A DNA stretch of 64,000 nt from an uncultured Clostridia bacterium. GTDB lineage: Bacteria > Bacillota > Clostridia > Christensenellales > HGM11417. This document shows, one piece after another, positions 36,365 through 50,600 of the stretch (positions are counted from its first letter, which is position 1; each line of letters starts with the position of its first letter). The notes beneath the pieces were generated by a model. That model was not told the origin of the DNA. It made no database searches and worked only from the letters and a program-made list of their open reading frames with translations. The translations under genes and the position numbers were made by a program. The stretch lies in contig CALVJY010000010.1 in the NCBI GenBank assembly GCA_944332455.1, positions 170 through 64,169 of the forward strand, read 5' to 3'.

Positions 36365-37459
36365 ATGAGCAAACTGAAGATCGGCGTCATCGGCTGCGGC
36401 GGCATTGCCAACGCCAAGCACATGCCCGCCCAGAAGAACAATCCGGACGCCAAACTGGTGGCCTTTTGCGACATCATCGAGGAGCGCGCCCAGAAGGCCG
36501 CCAAGGACTTCGGCGGCAAGTCGGCCAAGGTCTTTACCGACTACCGCGAGCTGCTGAAGGAGGGGGACGTGGACGCCGTGCTGGTGTGCACCCCCAACTG
36601 CTCGCACTGCGAGATCACCGTGGCCGCCCTGAACGCCGGCAAGCACGTGCTGTGCGAAAAGCCCATGGCCGTAAGCTACGAGGAGGCGCAGCAGATGATC
36701 GCCGCCCGCGACAAGGCCAAAAAGGTGCTGACCATCGGCTACCAGAACCGCTACCGCCCCGACGTGCTGTACTTGAAGGGGCTGGCCGACGAGGACTACT
36801 TCGGCGAGATCTACTATGCCGAGGCCAACGCCCTCCGCCGCCGCGGCGTGCCCACCTGGGGGGTGTTCATCGACGAGGCCAAGCAGGGCGGCGGCCCCCT
36901 GATCGACATCGGCACCCACGCCCTGGATCTGACCCTCTTTCTGATGAACAACTATCAGCCGGCCTACTGCGTGGGCCGCACCTTCCACAAGCTGAACAAA
37001 CAGACCGCCACCGGCAACGCCTGGGGGGATTGGGATCCCGAGCGCTTCACCGCCGAGGACGCGGCTTTTGGGTTTGTGGTCATGAAGAACGGCGCGGTCA
37101 TCTACGTCCGCTCCAGCTGGGCCCTGAACGAGGCCAACCCCCGGGAGGCCTGCGCCACCCTCTGCGGCGAAAAGGCGGGGGCCGAGATCCTGGACGCCTC
37201 CGGCACCGCCCTCAAGCTGAACGGGGTCATGGGCGGCCGACAGGTTTTGACCACCCCCGACCTCAACGCCGGGGCGGTCCCCTTCTTCGAGGGCACGGCG
37301 GGAGGCGATCCCTCCTTCCTGGAGGCCAAGACCTTCACCGACGCCGCCCTGGGCAAGGGCAAGCTGTGGGTGACGGCCGATCAGGCCGCCGTGGTCACCC
37401 GCATCCTGGAGGGGATCTACCGCTCCCACAAGACCGAAAAGCCGGTCTATTTTGACTGA
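36365..37459 (+). CDS. Gfo/Idh/MocA family oxidoreductase
   Basis: 'IGVIGCGGIA', 'CTPNCSH', 'HVLCEKPM', 'GYQNR', 'GGGPLIDIGTHALD'. Confidence 0.93.
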   Translation: MSKLKIGVIGCGGIANAKHMPAQKNNPDAKLVAFCDIIEERAQKAAKDFGGKSAKVFTDYRELLKEGDVDAVLVCTPNCSHCEITVAALNAGKHVLCEKPMAVSYEEAQQMIAARDKAKKVLTIGYQNRYRPDVLYLKGLADEDYFGEIYYAEANALRRRGVPTWGVFIDEAKQGGGPLIDIGTHALDLTLFLMNNYQPAYCVGRTFHKLNKQTATGNAWGDWDPERFTAEDAAFGFVVMKNGAVIYVRSSWALNEANPREACATLCGEKAGAEILDASGTALKLNGVMGGRQVLTTPDLNAGAVPFFEGTAGGDPSFLEAKTFTDAALGKGKLWVTADQAAVVTRILEGIYRSHKTEKPVYFD

Positions 37460-37468
37460 GGTGCGACC

Positions 37469-38182
37469 ATGAAAGTGACTGTCTTTTGCGAAATGTCCGG
37501 CGGCATGGAGGCCGAGGCCGTCAAAAAGGCCTATCCCGAGGGCATGGACCGTTGCCTGCAGGGGATCTTCGGCCCCGGCACCCGGCTGATCTCCCAGCAC
37601 GAGGGGGAGGACGGCTCCGCCCTGACCGAGGAGATCTTAAACGACACCGACGTGCTGGTCTGGTGGGGACACGTCCTCCATCACGCGGTCTCGGACGAGG
37701 TGGTCGAAAGGGCCGCCGACCGCGTCCGGCGGGGCATGGGCCTGATCGTCCTGCACTCCGGGCACATGTCCAAGATCTTCACCCGCCTGCTGGGCACCAC
37801 CTGCACCCTGAAGTGGCGGGAGGACGGCGAAAAGGAGCGCCTGTGGATGGTGGCGCCCGGCCATCCCATCTGCGCCGGCCTGCCCGAGCAGTTCGTGATC
37901 CCGCACGAGGAGATGTACGGCGAGTACTTCGACATCCCCACGCCCGACGAGCTGATCTTTTTGGGCTGGTTCCCGGGCGGCGAGCTCTTCCGGGCCGGCT
38001 GCGTGTTCAGGCGGGGCCATGGCAGGATCTTCTACTTCAACGCCGGACACGAATCCTTCCCCAACTACAGGCAGGAGGAGGTGCGGAAGGTGCTGACCAA
38101 CGCCGCCGGCTACGTCTGCCCGGCGCAGCCTCTGGCCCCGCCCTTCGGCTGCCCCAGCCCGGCCGCCCTGGAAAAGCTGTAA
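37469..38182 (+). CDS. ThuA-like (trehalose utilization) protein
   Basis: 'DVLVWWGH', 'GMGLIVLHSGHMSK', 'HPI..G', 'HEEMYGE.FDIP.PDE', 'FYFNAGHE'. Confidence 0.9.
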   Translation: MKVTVFCEMSGGMEAEAVKKAYPEGMDRCLQGIFGPGTRLISQHEGEDGSALTEEILNDTDVLVWWGHVLHHAVSDEVVERAADRVRRGMGLIVLHSGHMSKIFTRLLGTTCTLKWREDGEKERLWMVAPGHPICAGLPEQFVIPHEEMYGEYFDIPTPDELIFLGWFPGGELFRAGCVFRRGHGRIFYFNAGHESFPNYRQEEVRKVLTNAAGYVCPAQPLAPPFGCPSPAALEKL

Positions 38183-38248
38183 TATTTTTCGGGACTTTGA
38201 CCGAACAGGCTGCTCTGGAAAAGTTTTAATTTTTTTGGATTTTGACAG

Positions 38249-38291
38249 AACAGGCCGGCCCCGCGGTTCGATCGCGGGGCCGGCCTGTTTT
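38249..38291. terminator. Intrinsic terminator of the sugar locus (bidirectional with luxS)
   Basis: AACAGGCCGGCCCCGCG...CGCGGGGCCGGCCTGTT followed by T's. Confidence 0.8.
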
Positions 38292-38455
38292 GATGTTTGA
38301 AACCGTCTGTACTTTCAGATTTTTTTGAGCCTTATCTTGAGTATTTTTTGAGGTCCAACAGCTTTTAAGAAAAAATCTTCAGAAAAGTTTTGCACTTAAG
38401 GCAAGGCTAAAGGAGATTCTGTCGGGAAGAAAAGGCATGCCTTTGGGGGAGGAGG

Positions 38456-38884
38456 TCAGCCCCTTTTCAGCACCTCGAGGTAGGCCGCGATCTCCCGTTT
38501 GGCCCCCTCCAGGTCGTGCTCGAGGTAGTTTCCGCACTGCTTCCGTTCCCGGCCGGGGACCTCGTCCAGGGTCAGGCAGCGCTCCAGACAGGCCACCGTC
38601 GCGGCCCGGACCTCCGCCTCGGGCATGTCGTACATCAGCAGGTAAAAGCCGGTGCGGCAGCCCATGGGGCCGAAGTAGACCACCTTGTCCTTGACTTCGC
38701 TGTTGCGGATGACCACGGCGAACAGGTGCTCGACGGAGTGCAGGGCGGCGTAGCTGATGTAGTCGCCGGCATTGGGCTTTTTAAAGCGCAGATCGTAGGT
38801 TCCGACCTTGTGGGCCTCGCCCAGGAAGTAAAAGCCGGGGACCAGCTTGTCGTGATCCAGTTCAAAGGATTTGATGTTGTCCAT
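38456..38884 (-). CDS. luxS: S-ribosylhomocysteine lyase
   Basis: 'SFELDHDKL', 'YDLRFKKPN', 'LHSVEHL', 'GPMGCRTGFYL', 'QCGNY..HDL'. Confidence 0.95.
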   Translation of the reverse strand: MDNIKSFELDHDKLVPGFYFLGEAHKVGTYDLRFKKPNAGDYISYAALHSVEHLFAVVIRNSEVKDKVVYFGPMGCRTGFYLLMYDMPEAEVRAATVACLERCLTLDEVPGRERKQCGNYLEHDLEGAKREIAAYLEVLKRG

Positions 38885-39196
38885 AAAAAACACGCTCCCG
38901 CCCGCGAAGGGCCTTTGTTTTGCCGCCGAAGAGGCGGATGAGGGGAAAGTCGGGGGAAAAGTTTCGGGTCTTTTGAGAGCCGTTGAGGGCATTAAACGGC
39001 CGCCTTTGATGGCATCTGTCCAAAAGTCCGGCCGTGGGCGGTTCAAGGCGGCATGCCCGCAGGGGATATCGACAAATCATGCCCGGGCAGAACGGTCGGG
39101 TCAGCGGCCGGTCACGAAGAGGGCGGCTGTCGGACTGTCGGTGTCCCGGATAAGCCTGCCGGGAAGAGGGAGAACGGCCGTAGAGAGTTTGGAAGA

Positions 39197-40117
39197 TCAA
39201 CCCTCGAAGAGGTCGGTGGAGAGGTAGCGCTCCCCGGTGTCGGGGAGCAGGGTCAGCACCCGGCTGCCCGGTCTGCGTTTGGCCAGCACGGCGGCGGCGT
39301 GGAGGGCGGCTCCCGAGGAGATGCCGCACAGCACCCCCTCCAGCCGGGCGACTGACCGGGCGGCGGCGTAGGCCTCGTCCTCGGTCACGGTCAGCACCTC
39401 GTCCAGCAGGCCGGTGTCCAGCACCTTGGGCACAAAGCCGGCCCCCATACCCTAGAGACCGTGGGGTCCGGGCTTCCCGCCCGAGAGCACGGGGGAGCCG
39501 GCCGGCTCCCCGGCCGCCACCCGCAGGGAGGGGAAGCGTTCTTTCAGGACCTGTCCCACCCCCGTCAGGGTGCCGCCGGTGCCCACCGTGGCAACGAAAA
39601 AGTCGGGGGCCTCGGTCAGGTCGGCCAGAATTTCAGCCGCCGTGGTCCTTCTGTGGGCCTCGGGGTTGGCCGGGTTCTCAAACTGCTGCAGAATCAGGCT
39701 GTTGGGGGTCTCCCGCTGCAGGCGCTCGGCCTCGGCGATGGCCCCGGCCATGCCCTCGGCTCCGGGGGTCAGCACCACCTCGGCGCCCAGGGCCTTGACC
39801 AGCTTGCGCCGCTCCACGCTCATGGTGTCCGGCATGGTCAAAATCAGCCGGTACCCCAGCGCCGCGCAGCACATGGCCAGGCCGATTCCGGTGTTGCCCG
39901 AGGTCGGCTCGATGAAGGTCCCGCCGGGGCGGATCTTTCCCTCCCGCCGGGCGGCCTCGATCATAAAGACGGCCACCCGGTCCTTGACCGAGCCCATGGC
40001 GTTAAAGCTCTCCAGCTTGGCCGCGATCAGCGAGCCGGGGCAGTGGGCCTGGGAAAAGCGGCGAAGCCGCATCAGGGGGGTGTTTCCGATCAGCTGGGTG
40101 ATGTTGTCGACGATCAT
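39197..40117 (-). pseudogene. cysK: Cysteine synthase A interrupted by one in-frame TAG (39452-39454)
   Basis: 'IGNTPL', 'SVKDR', '[12 protein letters not shown]', 'QQFENPAN', 'GTGGT', then '[13 protein letters not shown]' continuing in frame to '[11 protein letters not shown]'. Confidence 0.85.
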
Positions 40118-40212
40118 GGCCGTTCTCCGGCGGGCGGACCCGCGGCCTCCTCGCGCCCTTCCCGGCCGGTCGGCGGGGAACAGGGTGCGGGGAGGGTGAA
40201 AATGATATTCCT

Positions 40213-40241
40213 ATTATAGCACATGTCTGGCCAAAATGCAA
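40213..40241 (-). promoter_or_regulatory. Sigma-A promoter of cysK
   Basis: Minus strand TTGCAT-17-TATAAT with TG extension. Confidence 0.75.
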
Positions 40242-40322
40242 GGCGAAGAGGGGAGTCCCCCTGGCTTCGGGCGCCCCGCAGAGACTGCCGCCGCGGGACT
40301 TTTAAAAACCCCCTCAAAACAG

Positions 40323-40351
40323 TTGACATTCGGAAAAAATAGGACTATAAT
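40323..40351 (+). promoter_or_regulatory. Perfect consensus sigma-A promoter
   Basis: TTGACA-17-TATAAT. Confidence 0.85.
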
Positions 40352-40549
40352 GCAGGCGAAAACAAAATCCGACCCCATCCGCCTCCGGCCGCGGGCGCGG
40401 CAAAGGTTTAAAAAGAGGGGGCCTGCGCGGGAAAGAGGGAAAATTTTTCTCCTCTTTCGACAGGGCGGGGCCAAAGGGCTTCCGACAAATTCCGACCGCT
40501 CCGGCGGAGACGGTCCTTTCGGGACGGGCGGGCCAAAATCTGACCCGGA

Positions 40550-40691
40550 CCGGCGGAAGGCCGTTTCGGACCGTATGAGCTGGGGCTGCCTGACCCGGCG
40601 GAAGGCCGTTTCGGACCGTATGAGCTGGGGCTGCCTGACCCGGCGGAAGGCCGTTTCGGACCGTATGAGCTGGGGCTGCCTGACCCGGCGG
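40550..40691. repeat. 45-bp perfect tandem repeat x3
   Basis: CGGCGGAAGGCCGTTTCGGACCGTATGAGCTGGGGCTGCCTGACC at 40551, 40596 and 40641. Confidence 0.95.
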
Positions 40692-40890
40692 TAAAGCACC
40701 GATCGGGGGAGTTGGCCGAGGACTGCCGGACCCAGGAGGGAAGGCGCCGGCCGGGGAAGCTGCCGCAAGCCTGACAGGAAAAGAACTGGCAGGCTCAGGA
40801 AAATGGCCGCCGCTATGGCCCGGCGAGGGAGGGTTGGCCTCCGTCGCCGCAGATCTGACAAAATTTTTTTTAGATAGAGAGGAAACAGCT

Positions 40891-41547
40891 ATGAAGTACA
40901 TGGTGGACAGCGCGGACGTCCGCGCCATCAAAAAGATCAACGAGTACTACCCCATTTCGGGGGTGACCACCAATCCCTCCCTGGTGTTCGAGGCCGGGCG
41001 GGACCTGAAGACCCTGATCCGCGAGATCCGGGAGATCATCGGACCCGAAAAGATGCTGCACGTGCAGACCCTCTCCTTAAAGGCCAAGGACATCGTGGCC
41101 GAGGCCGGCCGCATCGTGGACTTTGCCGGGCCCAACACCTATGTCAAGATCCCGGTGACCCCCGAGGGCATGAAGGCCATCATGGCCGTCAAGGCACAGG
41201 GCATCGGGGTGACCGCCACCGCCATTTTCACCCCTCAGCAGGCCCTGATGGCGGCCACCGCGGGGGCGGACTTTGTGGCTCCCTACATCAACCGTCTGGA
41301 CAACATCGCGGTCAACGGGGTGGAGATCGCCGGACAGATCGCCGACCTGCTGCGCACGGCCGGAAGCCCCTGCGAGGTGCTGGCCGCCAGCTTCAACAAC
41401 ATCGAGCAGATCCACATGACCTCCCTGCACGGGGTGGGCGTGGTCACCATCAGCCCCAAGATGTTCGAAAAGATCATCTATCATCCCCTCACCGACATCG
41501 CGGTGGAGGACTTCGTGGCCAAGGGAAAGGATCTCTACAACATCTGA
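40891..41547 (+). CDS. Transaldolase / fructose-6-phosphate aldolase family (short type)
   Basis: 'VDSAD', 'GVTTNPSL', 'YVKIPVT', 'TATAIF', 'FVAPYINRL', 'LAASF'. Confidence 0.92.
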   Translation: MKYMVDSADVRAIKKINEYYPISGVTTNPSLVFEAGRDLKTLIREIREIIGPEKMLHVQTLSLKAKDIVAEAGRIVDFAGPNTYVKIPVTPEGMKAIMAVKAQGIGVTATAIFTPQQALMAATAGADFVAPYINRLDNIAVNGVEIAGQIADLLRTAGSPCEVLAASFNNIEQIHMTSLHGVGVVTISPKMFEKIIYHPLTDIAVEDFVAKGKDLYNI

Positions 41548-41903
41548 AAAAGGTCCGGTCCGGCCTCTGTGTTCCGCTTCAGGGCGGAAAGAGGTTGCCT
41601 GCGCTGCAAAGCGCTGCGGCGGCCGGGACCAAGGGGCGGGCTCCTCGGGGCCCGCTTTTTTGCTGCCTCCGGGAAGTCCGGAATGCCCTCTGTCCGGGCG
41701 GCCCGTCGGAACCCGTCTTATCCGTTAAAGGTTGTTTTTCAGCCGTTTGCCCGCCCCCCTGCGGGACAGGAAAAGGGACCTGCTCCTCGAAGATCGGAGG
41801 AGCAGGTCCCTTTGTGTTTTGATCTTTTTTTGACTTTTGGTCTTTGCCTGTCTTTCGGCCTTATTCAGGCTGAATGGGCCGCCCGGTTGATGGGCTTTCC
41901 GGC

Positions 41904-44456
<2,553 letters not shown>

Positions 44457-44457
44457 A

Positions 44458-46591
<2,134 letters not shown>

Positions 46592-46691
46592 GCTTTCCTC
46601 CCCGCCCCGTCGGGGGCGGCGCCTCGGCGCGGGCCGAGCCCGCAGTGCCGCAAGGTAACGTCAGATAATATATAATATATTATCTAGATAT

Positions 46692-46721
46692 ATTATAACA
46701 TAAAAGGAAGCATCTTGGCAA
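46692..46721 (-). promoter_or_regulatory. Promoter of the remB-like/gyrB/gyrA operon
   Basis: Minus strand TTGCCA-18-TATAAT with TG extension. Confidence 0.65.
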
Positions 46722-47233
46722 GGAATTTAGGCTCATTTTGCCTCAGAGGCGCAAAAACCCCGGATCGATCCGATCACCGACTTCATGCCTTGCGGGCCTC
46801 TGAGGGCGAAAAGAGGCCGTATCCGGCGGGTACAGGCCGAAAGAGGAGATCGCGAAAGACAGGAATAAGGCAGGCGAGGCCTCTGGAACGGAACCGGAAA
46901 GCCGAAAGAGGGGGCAGCGGAAGGAACAAAAGGCAGGAACAGGGCAGACGAGGCCCCAAGAATGGAACCAGAAGGGAGGGAGGTCAGAGCGACGTCAGAT
47001 CTGTACTGACGGCGAGAAAAGCTCCGAGGCCGGGTGCTTCGGAGCTCGGGAAGGGATTTCGGAAAGAGTAAGGCAGGAGGCTGCAAAGCGGGTCCGGGCG
47101 GCCGGGATAGAGGCCCAAGAAAGGGGCCCCGAAAAGGCGGCTTCGGGCGGAGCGGGCCGATTATCGCCCTGAGAGGAGTTGAGGGAGAGCAGAGCGTCGA
47201 AAGAAGAAATTTTGCGAAGAGGGGGCAAAACGG

Positions 47234-47262
47234 TTGCCTTTTTGGCCGAAATAGCGTATAAT
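47234..47262 (+). promoter_or_regulatory. Promoter of SRP RNA
   Basis: TTGCCT-17-TATAAT, 6 nt before the RNA 5' end. Confidence 0.75.
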
Positions 47263-47268
47263 CATGGT

Positions 47269-47535
47269 ACTGTGCCAGGCGGGGAGCTAGCGGTGCCCTG
47301 TATCTGCAATCCGCTACAGCAGAGCTTACATGCCGGCCTCGGCTTTTGCCGTGAGGGGTCAGACCCCGGCAAGGGACGTCGATCTCAAGGTCTTATGCAA
47401 CTTCAAACTGTGAACCGTGTCAGGGTAGGAATACAGCAGCACTAAGCAGAAATTGGGTGTGCCATAAGGTTGCTTTGGGGGAGTTACCTGCCGGGCCATC
47501 GCCTTGGCGGCAACTGTCAAAGCCGGCTGCACAGT
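47269..47535 (+). ncRNA. ffs: Large (Bacillota-type) signal recognition particle RNA
   Basis: Alu domain GCGGGGAG.TAGCGGTGCCCTGTA.CTGCAATCCGCT, domain IV GTGAACCGTGTCAGG-GTA-GGAA-TAC-AGCAGCACTAAG, paired ends ACTGTGC/GCACAGT, followed by a T-run. Confidence 0.95.
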
Positions 47536-47549
47536 TTTTTTGAAGAGGT

Positions 47550-47573
47550 CCGCCGCATTCGCGGCGGTTTTTT
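47550..47573 (+). terminator. Terminator after SRP RNA
   Basis: CCGCCGC-ATTC-GCGGCGG followed by T6. Confidence 0.75.
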
Positions 47574-47602
47574 CATGCCCTTCGGGCGAAGGGGGAGAGA
47601 GA

Positions 47603-47638
47603 AAAAGAAAGAGCCCGCAGCGTCAGCTGCGGGCTCTT
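47603..47638 (-). terminator. Terminator of the large lipoprotein gene
   Basis: AAGAGCCCGCAG...CTGCGGGCTCTT with an upstream A-run. Confidence 0.75.
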
Positions 47639-47658
47639 CTTATTGAAATCCCGGGGGA

Positions 47659-50600
47659 TCAGTTCTGTTGTTCGCCGTCGGAGCCGCCTTCCTCGGAGGG
47701 GGTCTCCTCGGGCTGCGCTTCGGCCTCGGCCTCGGTTTCGGCTTCGGTTTCGGATTCAGGCTGGGTCTCGGCCTCTGCGGCTTCGGATCCCTCCCCGCTC
47801 TCTTCGGGTTCGGCGTCCTCGGGCAGATCCTCGTCCTCGACCGGCTCCTCGACCTCGACCTCCTTGCCGTCCTCGGTCTTCTTGATCACCTTGCGGACGG
47901 GCCGGACGCGGTTGCGGCTGTAGGAAGCCTCGGTCTTGGTGTTGGCGATCTTGCGGAGCTTGCGCTCGCTGGCGCTCTTCTTCCAGCGGCGGACGAGGAT
48001 GGCGACCAGGGCGGCCAGCAGGGCCAGGGCCAGGATCAGGGTGGTCAGCATGGCCCAGTCGAAGGGCGTCGAGGTGGTGTCGTCGGTGCCGTCGTCCACG
48101 TCGTCGTCGGTGCCGGTGTCCCCGCTGGTGCCGGGATCGGTGTAGTAGTCCGAAGTGTCGGCGAAGAAGAGGTTCTGGGCGGCCTGTTCGTCCTCAGGCA
48201 GGGACTCGTAGGCCTCCTTAGCGTCGGTGAAGGACTGCTCGTCCGAGAAGGTCCCGCTGACCACGCGGTCCACCAGGACGATGCCCTGATTGAGTTCGCT
48301 GCCGTCCTTGCTGCCCGCCCACACCTCGATGTTGTAGGAGATGGCGGCGCCGGCGGCCACGTAGAAGCGGCATCTGACCCAGCCGTCCTCGGCTCCGGTC
48401 ACCTTGACCTGCATGGGCCCGGTCTCGGCCGCGGTGGTGTACTTGACGTCATCCGTGGTCTTGTCGCCGTCGATGACTTCCTGGTCCTCCTCGGTGTAGT
48501 AGGTGGCCACATAGCCCTCGACGTTGAGGATCTCGCCGTCGGCGTCGGTCAGGTAGACCCAGACGCTGGCGTCTCCCGTGATGTCCACGGCCCGGACCCA
48601 CACGTCCACAAAGTTGTAGGTGTTGGCCGAGAAGGAGAGGGAGGGGGAGCGGTAGCCGTAGGAGGCCGGCACGTTGGTGCCGATCATCAGCACATTGGGG
48701 TTCCAGTCGGGATCCCAGTTGTCCAGCCCGTTGACGTTGAACAGCTCGCCGGCCTCGATGCCGAGGCTGTTGTCGCCGTTTTGCAGCAGGCTGCGGATCC
48801 GCTCGGCCAGGGTGCCGGAATAATTTTCCATATCCTGCACCGAGAACACGCCGGTCACGATGTCGCCGGGCTTGGCGTAGACGGGATCGTCGTTCTCATC
48901 CGTGCCGGTCTGTCCGGGCAGCTTGGTCCAGTTGGCGGGGGCGCCCACCTCGTCGCGGAGGTAGGTGTCCGCCCCGGTGACGTTGTTGAAGTTGCCGTTG
49001 GTCACGGCCAAAGTCCCCTCGCCGGAGATGGTGCCGGTGGCCACGGTGTCGCCCGAGCTTGCCGAGGAGAAATCGCTGTTGGTGATCTCGGTCAGCTGCA
49101 GGTTGGTGGCCAGCAGATAGTTGCCGGCGTTGGGGAAGGAGGAGAAGTTGAGGTTGCGGGCGTCATAGACCCCCATCCACAGCTGCAGCTCCAGATCCGA
49201 ACCGCCGTAGATGCCGCCGTAGATGTAGAAGGTGTACTGCGTCCAGTCGGCGTACTTGCTGTCGTTCAGCGGATCGGCTTCCTCGTCCCCGGTCAGGTTG
49301 AAATCGGTGGTGTTGATGCCGGTGATCTCGTACTTTTCGTTGTTCGCCCGATCCAGCAGCCTCAGGTTCAGGGTGCCGGTGGAGAGGGCGGAGGACTTGA
49401 CCCACAGGCTCAGCCGGTAGTACATGTAGGGTTCGGCCGTGAAGGTGCCGAGGGAAAGCCCCCTGCTGGCGTAGTAGTCGGGATTGAAGATGTAGTAGAC
49501 GTTCCGGTCGGCGAAGGGGAAGCGCTCGGCCAGCGTGCCCACCTTGCGGTCCTCGGTGACCTCGTTGCCGTCCTCGTCCTCCACGGGATCGCCGTTTTCG
49601 TCCAGCACGGTAAAGGTCTTGGTCACGTCGAACAGCTCGTCCGTGAACATGGGATCGTCGATGGAGGCCAGGCCGGATTCCACGTCCTCATTGAGGTGGT
49701 AGTCTTCCAGAAGTTTGTCCGAGACGTTGATGCTGTCGATGGCAAAGCCCTCGTCCTGGGCGTCGGTAAACAGGAAGCTGTCCGTCCGGTCGTCGGCCGC
49801 GTTGGTGAAGTCATAGACGAACAGGGTCTCTCCGCTTTCGGCGGCGTCAAAGACGTGGCGGTCTTCCACGGGGACCTCGTCGATGATCTGCTGGGCGGAG
49901 CGGGCGGCGTAGTAGTTGGCCACCTGCACGTCCCCGCTGTCGTCCAGGACGGCCGCCTCGTACTCGGCGGGGGTGATGTAAGACAGGGTGGCCTGATCGA
50001 AGAAGGCGTAGCCCTCGGTGTAGTTGGAGGTGTCCGAGGCGCCCTGGGTGCCCAGGCCGAGGTTGAGGTAGACGCTCTGCGAGGAGGAGGGCGACCCCTT
50101 CAGATAGATGTTGTAGACCACCCAGTTTTCGGAGGGATCAAAGGTCCCCTCGGTCTGGGCATAGGTCGAGATGTTGCGTAAGGTCGTGGTGGCGTCCACA
50201 TTGCCCGAGACCGAGATCTGGGCGCCCTTTCCCTCGGGGAAGGCCGCAAAGTCGGTGCCGTCGAACCAGAAGGCGTTGACCAGCACCGAGATCTTCATGT
50301 AGGCGTTGGCGGGCAGGGTCAGCACCGCAGACTGGTAGCGGGTGGCGGTCTCGCTGCGGTTGACGATCATCAGGATGTATTCGTCCCGCATCTCCTCGTC
50401 GGCCAGGATGTCCGCATAGTCGGGATAGGCCGCCTGCAGTTCGGCCAGCTTGTCCGCATACTCCTGGCTTTCGGGATCCAGATCCGCCAGCTCGGAGAAG
50501 ATGGTGCGGGGGTTGGGGATGCTGACGATCTCCTCCTCGGTCTTGTCCTCGTTGAAATCGCTCAGCGTGTCCGTGGCCCAGTTGTTCTTGTAGGCGTCAA

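Noticed and set aside
38885-39196. SAM riboswitch or T-box between cysK and luxS, or upstream of cysE
   Set aside because: No S-box core or T-box consensus was recognisable on the coding strand.
39452-39454. Genome-wide TAG-to-Gln recoding
   Set aside because: TAG ends several conserved genes at their expected C-termini (ileS, ytfJ, dacB, rnfA), and no other in-frame TAG was seen.
47269-47535. RNase P RNA or tmRNA
   Set aside because: Lacks the GAGGAAAGUCC and tRNA-like ends. The Alu and domain IV motifs identify SRP RNA.
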